NCBI RefSeq assembly: GCF_036365525.1
Contig: NC_090395.1
Coordinates: forward strand, 65,559,326-65,623,325
From: Heterodontus francisci
Taxonomy: Eukaryota
Direction of reading: 5' to 3'
DNA: 64,000 nucleotides
The notes under the pieces are model-generated. The model made no database searches, was not told where the DNA came from, and was given only the letters and a program-made list of their open reading frames with translations. Every line of letters begins with the position of its first letter. Position 1 is the first letter of the stretch. Shown here one piece after another: positions 25,201-37,200 of this stretch. Position numbers and translations under genes: made by a program.

Positions 25201-28200
25201 TCCCGAAAAAGCTGCTGCAATGAAAGGAAAGTTATTTTAAACCGCCCAAATATATAGTGTTTTACTTACCCAGCAGCCCCCTGGCCTCCGCCGAAAACAA
25301 AAGGAAACTAAGTTTACTTTCAAACTGACCTTCCCAGCTGCTCAGTCACTCGCACTCTCTGCTCCCGAAAAAGCTGCTGCAATGAAAGGAAAGTTATTTT
25401 AAACTGCCCAAATATATAGTGCTTTACTTTCCCAGCAGCCCCCTGGCCTCCGCCGAAAACAAAAGGAAATTAAGTTTCCTTTCAAACTGACCTTCCCAGC
25501 TGCTCACTCGCTCGCACTCTCTGCTCCCGAAAAAGCTGCTGCAATGAAAGGAAAGTTATTTTAAACCGCCCAAATATATAGTGTTTTACTTACCCAGCAG
25601 CCCCCTGGCCTCCGCCGAAAACAAAAGGAAATTAAGTTTACTTTCAAACTGACCTTCCCAGCTGCTCACTCGCTCGCACTCTCTGCTCCCGAAAAAGCTG
25701 CTGCAATGAAAGGAAAGTTATTTTAAACTGCCCAGATATATAGTGTTTTACTTACCCAGCAGCCCCCTGGCCTCCGCCGAAAACAAAAGGAAATTAAGTT
25801 TACTTTCAAACTGACCTTCCCAGCTGCTCACTCGCTCGCACTCTCTGCTCCCGAAAAAGCTGCTGCAATGAAAGGAAAGTTATTTTAAACTGCCCAAATA
25901 TATAGTGTTTTACTTACCCAGCAGCCCCCTGGCCTCTGCCAAAAACAAAAGGAAATTAAGTTTACTTTCAAACTGACCTTCCCAGCTGCTCACTCGCTCG
26001 CACTCTCTGCTCCCGAAAAAGCAACTGCAATGAAAGGAAAGTTATTTTAAACCGCCCAAATATATAGTGTTTTACTTACCCAGCAGCCCCCTGGCCTTCA
26101 CTGAAAACAAATGGAAATTAAGTTTACTATCAAACTGACCTTCCCAGCTGCTCACTCGCTCGCACGCTCTGCTCCCGAAAAAGCTGCTGCAATGAAAGGA
26201 AAGTTATTTTAAACCGCCCAAATATATAGTGTTTTACTTACCCAGCAGCCCCCTGGCCTCCGCCGAAAACAAAAGGAAATTAAGTTTACTTTCAAACTGA
26301 CCTTCCCAGCTGCTCACTCGCTCACACTCTCTGCTCCCGAAAAAGCTGCTGCAATGAAAGGAAAGTTATTTTAAACTGCCCAAATATATCGTGTTTTACT
26401 TAGCCAGCAGCCCCCTGGCCTCTGCCAAAAACAAAAGGAAATTAAGTTTACTTTCAAACTGACCTTCCCAGCTGCTCACTCGCTCGCACTCTCTGCTCCC
26501 GAACAAGCTGCTGCAATGAAAGGAAAGTTATTTTAAACCGCCCAAATATAGAGTGTTTTACTTACCCAGCAGCCCCCTGGCCTCCGCCGAAAACAAAAGG
26601 AAATTAAGTTTACTTTCAAACTGACCTTCCCAGCTGCTCAGTCGCTCGCACTCTCTGCTCCCGAAAAAGCTGCTGCAATGAAAGGAAAGTTATTTTAAAC
26701 TGCCCAAATATATAGTGCTTTACTTTCCCAGCAGCCCCCTGGCCTCCGCCGAAAACAAAAGGAAATTAAGTTTCCTTTCAAACTGACCTTCCCAGCTGCT
26801 CACTCGCTCGCACTCTCTGCTCCCGAAAAAGCTGCTGCAATGAAAGGAAAGTTATTTTAAACCACCCAAATATATAGTGTTTTACTTACCCAGCAGCCCC
26901 CTGGCCTCCGCCGAAAACAAAAGGAAATTAAGTTTACTTTCAAACTGACCTTCCCAGCTGCTCACTCGCTCGCACTCTCTGCTCCCGAAAAAGCTGCTGC
27001 AATGAAAGGAAAGTTATTTTAAACTGCCCAGATATATAGTGTTTTACTTACCCAGCAGCCCCCTGGCCTCCGCCGAAAACAAAAGGAAATTAAGTTTACT
27101 TTCAAACTGACCTTCCCAGCTGCTCACTCGCTCGCACTCTCTGCTCCCGAAAAAGCTGCTGCAATGAAAGGAAAGTTATTTTAAACTGCCCAAATATATA
27201 GTGTTTTACTTACCCAGCAGCCCCCTGGCCTCTGCCAAAAACAAAAGGAAATTAAGTTTACTTTCAAACTGACCTTCCCAGCTGCTCACTCGCTCGCACT
27301 CTCTGCTCCCGAAAAAGCAACTGCAATGAAAGGAAAGTTATTTTAAACCGCCCAAATATATAGTGTTTTACTTACCCAGCAGCCCCCTGGCCTTCACTGA
27401 AAACAAATGGAAATTAAGTTTACTATCAAACTGACCTTCCCAGCTGCTCACTCGCTCGCACGCTCTGCTCCCGAAAAAGCTGCTGCAATGAAAGGAAAGT
27501 TATTTTAAACCGCCCAAATATATAGTGTTTTACTTACCCAGCAGCCCCCTGGCCTCCGCCGAAAACAAAAGGAAATTAAGTTTACTTTCAAACTGACCTT
27601 CCCAGCTGCTCACTCGCTCACACTCTCTGCTCCCGAAAAAGCTGCTGCAATGAAAGGAAAGTTATTTTAAACTGCCCAAATATATCGTGTTTTACTTAGC
27701 CAGCAGCCCCCTGGCCTCTGCCAAAAACAAAAGGAAATTAAGTTTACTTTCAAACTGACCTTCCCAGCTGCTCACTCGCTCGCACTCTCTGCTCCCGAAC
27801 AAGCTGCTGCAATGAAAGGAAAGTTATTTTAAACCGCCCAAATATAGAGTGTTTTACTTACCCAGCAGCCCCCTGGCCTCCGCCAAAAACAAAAGGAAAT
27901 TAAGTTTACTTTCAAACTGACCTTCCCAGCTGCTCACTCGCTCGCACTCTCTGCTCCCGAAAAAGCTGCTGCAATGAAAGGAAAGTTATTTTAAACCGCC
28001 CAAATATATAGTGTTATACTTACCCAGCAGCCCCCTGGCCTCCACCGAAAACAAAAGGAAATTAAGTTTACTTTCAAACTGACCTTCCCAGCTGCTCACT
28101 CGCTCGCACTCTCTGCTCCCGAAAAAGCTGCTGCAATGAAAGGAAAGTTATTTTAAACCGCCCAAATATATCATGTTTTACTTACCCAGCAGCCCCCTGG

Positions 28201-31200
28201 CCTCTGCCGAAAACAAAAGGAAATTAAGTTTACTTTCAAACTGACCTTCCCAGCTGCTCACTCGCTCGCACTCACTGCTCCCGAAAAAGCTGCTGCAATG
28301 AAAGGAAAGTTATTTTAAACCGCCCAAATATATAGTGTTTTACTTACCCAGCAGCCCCCTGGCCTCCGCCGAAAACAAAAGGAAACTAAGTTTACTTTCA
28401 AACTGACCTTCCCAGCTGCTCAGTCGCTCGCACTCTCTGCTCCCGAAAAAGCTGCTGCAATGAAAGGAAAGTTATTTTAAACCGCCCAAGTATATAGTGC
28501 TTTACTTACCCAGCAGCCCCCTGGCCTCTGCCGAAAACAAAAGGAAATTAAGTTTCCTTTCAAACTGACCTTCCCAGCTGCTCACTCGCTCGCACTCTCT
28601 GCTCCCGAAAAAGCTGCTGCAGTGAAAGGAAAGTTATTTTAAACCGCCCAAATATATAGTGTTTTACTTACCCAGCAGCCCCCTGGCCTCCGCCAAAAAC
28701 AAAAGGAAATTAAGTTTACTTTCAAACTGACCTTCCCAGCTGCTCACTCGCTCGCACTCTCTGCTCCCGAAAATGCTGCTGCAATGAAAGGAAAGTTATT
28801 TTAAACCGCCCAAATATATAGTGTTTTACTTACCCAGCAGCCCCCTGGCCACCACCAAAAACAAAAGGAAATTAAGTTTACTTTCAAACTGACCTTCCCA
28901 GCTGCTCACTCGCTCGCACTCTCTGCTCCCGAAAAAGCTGCTGCAATGAAAGGAAAGTTATTTTAAACTGCCCAAATATATCGTGTTTTACTTACCCAGC
29001 AGCCCCCTGGCCTCTGCCAAAAACAAAAGGAAATTAAGTTTACTTTCAAACTGACCTTCCCAGCTGCTCACTCGCTCGCACTCTCTGCTCCCGAACAAGC
29101 TGCTGCAATGAAAGGAAAGTTATTTTAAACTGCCCAAATATAGAGTGTTTTACTTACCCAGCAGCCCCCTGGCCTCCGCCGAAAACAAAAGGAAATTAAG
29201 TTTACTTTCAAACTGACCTTCCCAGCTGCTCACTCGCTCGCACTCTCTGCTCCCGAAAAAGCTGCTGCAATGAAAGGAAAGTTATTTTAAACCGCCCAAA
29301 TATATAGTGTTATACTTACCCAGCAGCCCCCTGGCCTCCACCGAAAACAAAAGGAAATTAAGTTTACTTTCAAACTGACCTTCCCAGCTGCTCACTCGCT
29401 CGCACTCTCTGCTCCCGAAAAAGCTGCTGCAATGAAAGGAAAGTTATTTTAAACCGCCCAAATATATCATGTTTTACTTACCCAGCAGCCCCCTGGCCTC
29501 TGCCGAAAACAAAAGGAAATTAAGTTTACTTTCAAACTGACCTTCCCAGCTGCTCACTCGCTCGCACTCACTGCTCCCGAAAAAGCTGCTGCAATGAAAG
29601 GAAAGTTATTTTAAACCGCCCAAATATATAGTGTTTTACTTACCCAGCAGCCCCCTGGCCTCCGCCGAAAACAAAAGGAAACTAAGTTTACTTTCAAACT
29701 GACCTTCCCAGCTGCTCAGTCGCTCGCACTCTCTGCTCCCGAAAAAGCTGCTGCAATGAAAGGAAAGTTATTTTAAACCGCCCAAGTATATAGTGCTTTA
29801 CTTACCCAGCAGCCCCCTGGCCTCCGCCGAAAACAAAAGGAAATTAAGTTTCCTTTCAAACTGACCTTCCCAGCTGCTCACTCGCTCGCACTCTCTGCTC
29901 CCGAAAAAGCTGCTGCAGTGAAAGGAAAGTTATTTTAAACCACCCAAATATATAGTGTTTTACTTACCCAGCAGCCCCCTGGCCTCCGCCGAAAACAAAA
30001 GGAAATTAAGTTTACTTTCAAACTGACCTTCCCAGCTGCTCACTCGCTCGCACTCTCTGCTCCCGAAAATGCTGCTGCAATGAAAGGAAAGTTATTTTAA
30101 ACCGCCCAAATATATAGTGTTTTACTTACCCAGCAGCCCCCTGGCCACCACCAAAAACAAAAGGAAATTAAGTTTACTTTCAAACTGACCTTCCCAGCTG
30201 CTCACTCGCTCGCACTCTCTGCTCCCGAAAAAGCTGCTGCAATGAAAGGAAAGTTATTTTAAACCGCCCAAATATATCGTGTTTTACTTACCCAGCAGCC
30301 CCCTGGCCTCTGCCGAAAACAAAAGGAAATTAAGTTTACTTTCAAACTGACCTTCCCAGCTGCTCACTCGCTCGCACTCTCTGCTCCCGAAAAAGCTGCT
30401 GCAATGAAAGGAAAGTTATTTTAAACCGCCCAAATATATAGTGTTTTACTTACCCAGCAGCCCCCTGGCCTCCGCCGAAAACAAAAGGAAACTAAGTTTA
30501 CTTTCAAACTGACCTTCCCAGCTGCTCAGTCACTCGCACTCTCTGCTCCCGAAAAAGCTGCTGCAATGAAAGGAAAGTTATTTTAAACTGCCCAAATATA
30601 TAGTGTTTTACTTAACCAGCAGCCCCCTGGCCTCCGCCGAAAACAAATGGAAATTAAGTTTACTTTCAAACTGACCTTCCCAGCTGCTCACTCGCTCGCA
30701 CTCTCTGCTCCCGAAAAAGCTGCTGCAATGAAAGGAAAGTTATTTTAAACCGCCCAAATATATAGTGTTTTACTTACCCAGCAGCCCCCTGGCCTCCGCC
30801 GAAAACAAAAGGAAATTAAGTTTACTTTCAAACTGACCTTCCCAGCTGCTCACTCGCTCGCACTCTCTGCTCCCGAAAAAGCTGCTGCAAGGAAAGGAAA
30901 GTTATTTTAAACCACCCAGATATATAGTGTTTTACTTACCCAGCAGCCCCCGGGCCTCCGCTGAAAACAAAAGGAAATTAAGTTTCCTTTCAAACTGACC
31001 TTCCCAGCTGCTCACTCGCTCGCACTCTCTGCTCCCGAAAAAGCTGCTGCAATGAAAGGAAAGTTATTTTAAACCGCCCAAATATATAGTGTTTTACTTA
31101 CCCAGCAGCCCCCTGGCCTCTGCCTAAAACAAAAGGAAATTAAGTTTATTTTCAAACTGACCTTCCCAGCCGCTCACTCGCTCGCACTCTCTTCTCCCGA

Positions 31201-34200
31201 AAAATCTGCTGCAATGAAAGGAAAGTTATTTTAAACCGCCCAAATATATAGTGTTTTACTTACCCAGCAGCCCCCTGGCCTCCACCGAAAACAAAAGGAA
31301 ATTAAGTTTACTTTCAAACTGACCTTCCCAGCTGCTCACTCGCTCGCACTCTCTGCTCCCGAAAAAGCTGCTGCAATGAAAGGAAAGTTATTTTAAACCG
31401 CCCAAATATATAGTGTTTTACTTACCCAGCAGCCCCCTGGCCTCCGCCGAAAACAAAAGGAAACTAAGTTTACTTTCAAACTGACCTTCCCAGCTGCTCA
31501 GTCGCTCGCACTCTCTGCTCCCGAAAAAGCTGCTGCAATGAAAGGAAAGTTATTTTAAACTGCCCAAATATATAGTGCTTTACTTACCCAGCAGCCCCCT
31601 GGCCTCCGCCGAAAACAAAAGGAAATTAAGTTTCCTTTCAAACTGACCTTCCCAGCTGCTCACTCGCTCGCACTCTCTGCTCCCGAAAAAGCTGCTGCAA
31701 TGAAAGGAAAGTTATTTTAAACCGCCCAAATATATAGTGTTTTACTTAACCAGCAGCCCCCTGGCCTCCGCCGAAAACAAAAGGAAATTAAGTTTACTTT
31801 CAAACTGACCTTCCCAGCTGCTCACTCGCTCGCACTCTCTGCTCCCGAAAAAGCTGCTGCAATGAAAGGAAAGTTATTTTAAACCGCCCAAATATATAGT
31901 GTTTTACTTACCCAGCAGCCCCCTGGCCTCCGCCGAAAACAAAAGGAAATTAAGTTTACTTTCAAACTGACCTTCCCAGCTGCTCACTCGCTCGCACTCT
32001 CTGCTCCCGAAAAAGCTGCTGCAATGAAAGGAAAGTTATTTTAAACCACCCAGATATATAGTGTTTTACTTACCCAGCAGCCCCCTGGCCTCCGCCGAAA
32101 ACAAAAGGAAATTAAGTTTCCTTTCAAACTGACCTTCCCAGCTGCTCACTCGCTCGCACTCTCTGCTCCCGAAAAAGCTGCTGCAATGAAAGGAAAGTTA
32201 TTTTAAACCGCCCAAATATATAGTGTTTTACTTACCCAGCAGCCCCCTGGCCTCTGCCTAAAACAAAAGGAAATTAAGTTTACTTTCAAACTGACCTTCC
32301 CAGCCGCTCACTCGCTCGCACTCTCTTCTCCCGAAAAAGCTGCTGCAATGAAAGGAAAGTTATTTTAAACCGCCCAAATATATAGTGTTTTACTTACCCA
32401 GCAGCCCCCTGGCCTCCACCGAAAACAAAAGGAAATTAAGTTTACTTTCAAACTGACCTTCCCAGCTGCTCACTCGCTCGCACTCTCTGCTCCCGAAAAA
32501 GCTGCTGCAATGAAAGGAAAGTTATTTTAAACCGCCCAAATATATAGTGTTTTACTTACCCAGCAGCCCCCTGGCCTCCGCCGAAAACAAAAGGAAACTA
32601 AGTTTACTTTCAAACTGACCTTCCCAGCTGCTCAGTCGCTCGCACTCTCTGCTCCCGAAAAAGCTGCTGCAATGAAAGGAAAGTTATTTTAAACCGCCCA
32701 AGTATATAGTGCTTTACTTACCCAGCAGCCCCCTGGCCTCCGCCGAAAACAAAAGGAAATTAAGTTTCCTTTCAAACTGACCTTCCCAGCTGCTCACTCG
32801 CTCGCACTCTCTGCTCCCGAAAAAGCTGCTGCAATGAAAGGAAAGTTATTTTAAACCGCCCAAATATATAGTGTTTTACTTACCCAGCAGCCCCCTGGCC
32901 TCCGCCGAAAACAAAAGGAAATTAAGTTTACTTTCCAACTGACCTTCCCAGCTGCTCACTCGCTCGCACTCTCTGCTCCCGAAAAAGCTGCTGCAATGAA
33001 AGGAAAGTTATTTTAAACCGCCCAAATATATAGTGTTTTACTTACCCAGCAGCCCACCGGCCTCCACCGAAAACAAAAGGAAATTAAGTTTACTTTCAAA
33101 CTGACCTTCCCAGCTGCTCACTCGCTCGCACTCTCTGCTCCCGAAAAAGCTGCTGCAATGAAAGGAAAGTTATTTTAAACCGCCCAAATATATCATGTTT
33201 TACTTACCCAGCAGCCCCCTGGCCTCTGCCGAAAACAAAAGGAAATTAAGTTTACTTTCAAACTGACCTTCCCAGCTGCTCAGTCGCTCGCACTCTCTGC
33301 TCCCGAAAAAGCTGCTGCAATGAAAGGAAAGTTATTTTAAACCGCCCAAGTATATAGTGCTTTACTTACCCAGCAGCCCCCTGGCCTCCGCCGAAAACAA
33401 AAGGAAATTAAGTTTCCTTTCAAACTGACCTTCCCAGCTGCTCACTCGCTCGCACTCTCTGCTCCCGAAAAAGCTGCTGCAGTGAAAGGAAAGTTATTTT
33501 AAACCGCCCAAATATATAGTGTTTTACTTACCCAGCAGCCCCCTGGCCTCCGCCGAAAACAAAAGGAAATTAAGTTTACTTTCAAACTGACCTTCCCAGC
33601 TGCTCACTCGCTCGCACTCTCTGCTCCCGAAAATGCTGCTGCAATGAAAGGAAAGTTATTTTAAACCGCCCAAATATATAGTGTTTTACTTACCCAGCAG
33701 CCCCCTGGCCACCACCAAAAACAAAAGGAAATTAAGTTTACTTTCAAACTGACCTTCCCAGCTGCTCACTCGCTCGCACTCTCTGCTCCCGAAAAAGCTG
33801 CTGCAATGAAAGGAAAGTTATTTTAAACCGCCCAAATATATCGTGTTTTACTTACCCAGCAGCCCCCTGGCCTCTGCCGAAAACAAAAGGAAATTAAGTT
33901 TACTTTCAAACTGACCTTCCCAGCTGCTTACTCGCTCGCACTCTCTGCTCCCGAAAAAGCTGCTGCAATGAAAGGAAAGTTATTTTAAACCGCCCAAATA
34001 TATAGTGTTTTACTTACCCAGCAGCCCCCGGCCTCCGCCGAAAACAAAAGGAAACTAAGTTTACTTTCAAACTGACCTTCCCAGCTGCTCAGTCACTCGC
34101 ACTCTCTGCTCCCGAAAAAGCTGCTGCAATGAAAGGAAAGTTATTTTAAACTGCCCAAATATATAGTGCTTTACTTACCCAGCAGCCCACTGGCCTCCGC

Positions 34201-35916
34201 CGAAAACAAAAGGAAATTAAGTTTCCTTTCAAACTGACCTTCCCAGCTGCTCACTCGCTCGCACTCTCTGCTCCCGAAAAAGCTGCTGCAATGAAAGGAA
34301 AGTTATTTTAAACCGCCCAAATATATAGTGTTTTACTTAACCAGCAGCCCCCTGGCCTCCGCCGAAAACAAAAGGAAATTAAGTTTACTTTCAAACTGAC
34401 CTTCCCAGCTGCTCACTCGCTCGCACTCTCTGCTCCCGAAAAAGCTGCTGCAATGAAAGGAAAGTTATTTTAAACCGCCCAAATATATAGTGTTTTACTT
34501 ACCCAGCAGCCCCCTGGCCTCCGCCGAAAACAAAAGGAAATTAAGTTTACTTTCAAACTGACCTTCCCAGCTGCTCACTCGCTCGCACTCTCTGCTCCCG
34601 AAAAAGCTGCTGCAATGAAAGGAAAGTTATTTTAAACCACCCAGATATATAGTGTTTTACTTACCCAGCAGCCCCCTGGCCTCCGCCGAAAACAAAAGGA
34701 AATTAAGTTTCCTTTCAAACTGACCTTCCCAGCTGCTCACTCGCTCGCACTCTCTGCTCCCGAAAAAGCTGCTGCAATGAAAGGAAAGTTATTTTAAACC
34801 GCCCAAATATATAGTGTTTTACTTACCCAGCAGCCCCCTGGCCTCTGCCTAAAACAAAAGGAAATTAAGTTTATTTTCAAACTGACCTTCCCAGCCGCTC
34901 ACTCGCTCGCACTCTCTTCTCCCGAAAAAGCTGCTGCAATGAAAGGAAAGTTATTTTAAACCGCCCAAATATATAGTGTTTTACTTACCCAGCAGCCCCC
35001 TGGCCTCCACCGAAAACAAAAGGAAATTAAGTTTACTTTCAAACTGACCTTCCCAGCTGCTCACTCGCTCGCACTCTCTGCTCCCGAAAAAGCTGCTGCA
35101 ATGAAAGGAAAGTTATTTTAAACCGCCCAAATATATAGTGTTTTACTTACCCAGCAGCCCCCTGGCCTCCGCCGAAAGCAAAAGGAAACTAAGTTTACTT
35201 TCAAACTGACCTTCCCAGCTGCTCAGTCGCTCGCACTCTCTGCTCCCGAAAAAGCTGCTGCAATGAAAGGAAAGTTATTTTAAACCGCCCAAGTATATAG
35301 TGCTTTACTTACCCAGCAGCCCCCTGGCCTCCGCCGAAAACAAAAGGAAATTAAGTTTCCTTTCAAACTGACCTTCCCAGCTGCTCACTCGCTTGCACTC
35401 TCTGCTCCCGAAAAAGCTGCTGCAATGAAAGGAAAGTTATTTTAAACCGCCCAAATATATAGTGTTTTACTTACCCAGCAGCCCCCTGGCCTCCGCCGAA
35501 AACAAAAGGAAATTAAGTTTACTTTCCAACTGACCTTCCCAGCTGTTCACTCGCTCGCACTCTCTGCTCCCGAAAAAGCTGCTGCAATGAAAGGAAAGTT
35601 ATTTTAAACCGCCCAAATATATAGTGTTTTACTTACCCAGCAGCCCACCGGCCTCCGCCGAAAACAAAAGGAAATTAAGTTTACTTTCAAACTGACCTTC
35701 CCAGCTGCTCACTCGCTCGCACTCTCTGCTCCCGAAACAGCTGCTGCAATGAAAGGAAAGTTATTTTAAACCGCCCAAATATATAGTGTTTTACTTACCC
35801 AGCAGCCCCCTGGCCTCCGCCGAAAACAAAAGGAAATTAAGTTTCCTTTCAAACTGACCTTCCCAGCTGCTCACTCGCTCGCACTCCCTGCTCCCGAAAA
35901 AGCTGCTGCAATGAAA
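13249..35916. repeat. Tandem array of ~140 copies of a 162-bp monomer forming the 5' end of the CR1
   Basis: Unit starts at 13249, 13411, 13573 ... 35768 (22519/162 = 139.0), last unit partial; + consensus AAACCGCCCAAATATATAGTGTTTTACTTACCCAGCAGCCCCCTGGCCTCCGCCGAAAACAAAAGGAAATTAAGTTTACTTTCAAACTGACCTTCCCAGCTGCTCACTCGCTCGCACTCTCTGCTCCCGAAAAAGCTGCTGCAATGAAAGGAAAGTTATTTT; few substitutions per unit. Confidence 0.98.
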
Positions 35917-36978
35917 TGAGGAGCAGCCCGTGGAGGATAGGAGGATTTTACGAAGTTATTAGACCAATGGCCTTACTGGGAAAAGAACTCATGCTGTGGG
36001 GAAAGAGTTTAAACTAAAATGGCAGGAAGGAGGTTAAAAACAAGGTGAAGAGGCAGAGCGAAGACTAGAAGTGGAAAAGATATAGGAAAGATTAAACAGG
36101 GAAATGATAATATAAAAGAGATCAGATCAGAAAGAGGAAGGATAGAAAAGAGGATGATTACCAAACAAACAGAGCCAAATGCCAGTCAAAGTACATAAAA
36201 TATTCTGTGTAAAGTTGTTAAGTTAGAGACACAAAATTTTTATGGGGAGGTTTGATGTAATACAATTAACAGAGTCGTGGCTCAGAGTGGGGGGGAACTG
36301 GGAGTTTAACGTTGCTGGTTACAAAATAGATTAATCATAAATGGAGAAAAGGTGGCAATATTGATCAAAAATTCCATTGTAACAATATTGTAAGGTTAAT
36401 ATGGGTGGAAGTGTAAAAGCTGAATCTATTTGGTAACAGTTGAAGAAGGAGAAGAATACAGTTCCTTATTTGAAGAGTAATATAGACCAACCATCAACCA
36501 GTGAGGAACAGTGTCATTGACAGAGCCTCATGAAATAGTAATTCATCACCTATACTTTAGATGACAGAAACAATTGCAAAGTCAAGACGTGTTCTGTTTG
36601 AGGGATTATTATCACTGCAGTCTTTCGTGTTAATTGGGCATCAGATTACATTAAAAAAATCACTCTTTACAGATTAAAATGGGTTGTCTTTGTATTTTGA
36701 TTAAGTTATTTATGTAGCTTTTAAAAAAATAAATCGTTATTTTATTTTCCATTCCCAATTAATAATGCAGTTTAGTATTATTTGGTAAATATTTCTGTGG
36801 TACAATCGTATAGTCAAAAAGAGATGCAAGACTTACACAAATATTATGGATTTATTTTAGCTGAGTAGTTTGTGCCTTTACACGTCTCCAAGTATTTAAA
36901 CATCTTCACTGTATAAACCGTACACTGGACAGAAACTAACACTGATTATCTGAAGATCCAGCTCTGGCTGTTACTCAC

Positions 36979-37015
36979 CGGGTAGGGAACAAATGAGAAG
37001 AATCGGAATCCACAT
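36979..37015 (-). CDS. Gene A exon 1: signal peptide MWIPILLICSLP
   Basis: ATG TGG ATT CCG ATT CTT CTC ATT TGT TCC CTA CCC G|GTGAGT; the phase-1 donor joins the 7714 acceptor to give MWIPILLICSLPVSGALWA. Confidence 0.85.
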
Positions 37016-37200
37016 AGTTTTATTCACAAAGTTTGCATCAGCACTTGCTGTCGGTCACCCAGCTCTTCTCACTTGAAATATTTATTTAATTTAAATGGTA
37101 CAAGGAATTTAAATAAGGAAGAAGATAACAGGAAGCCAGTTTAGGAAATCACAGTAAGCCAGCTGATGTAATCAGCTGTGAGTTATATTTAACAAACAGA
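37016..37200 (-). promoter_or_regulatory. Putative 5' UTR/proximal promoter of gene A
   Basis: Unique DNA just upstream of the ATG, with a TTAAATAAATA TATA-like run (~37080-37090), clustered ETS-like GGAA cores (AATAAGGAAG, ACAGGAAG) and AGATAA; motif-only evidence. Confidence 0.35.

Larger units (their letters stand above)
9082..35915 (-). mobile_element. Full-length young CR1 LINE with a hugely expanded 5' tandem-monomer region (26.8 kb)
   Basis: (TTCTTTG)n tail at ~9082-9105, ORF2, ORF1, unique 5' UTR 13071-13248, then the 162-bp array; ATGA at 9078-9081 and 35916-35919; the flanks rejoin into a colinear older CR1. Confidence 0.88.
8890..36545 (+). mobile_element. Old plus-strand CR1 fragment split in two (8890-9081 and 35916-36545) by the young CR1 plus array
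   Basis: Left piece encodes an ORF1 esterase segment IREVILWLERWLRRKGFGFLPHRGQFW. Right piece continues to the ORF1/ORF2 junction (GTGGGGAAAGAGTTTAAACTAAAATGGCAG) and endonuclease FDVIQLTESWL..WEFNVAGY. Confidence 0.75.

Noticed and set aside
13249-35916. CRISPR array or tandem RNA-gene cluster (5S, tRNA, snRNA)
   Set aside because: No unique spacers; the whole 162-bp unit repeats; no A/B/C boxes or recognisable RNA gene; eukaryotic context
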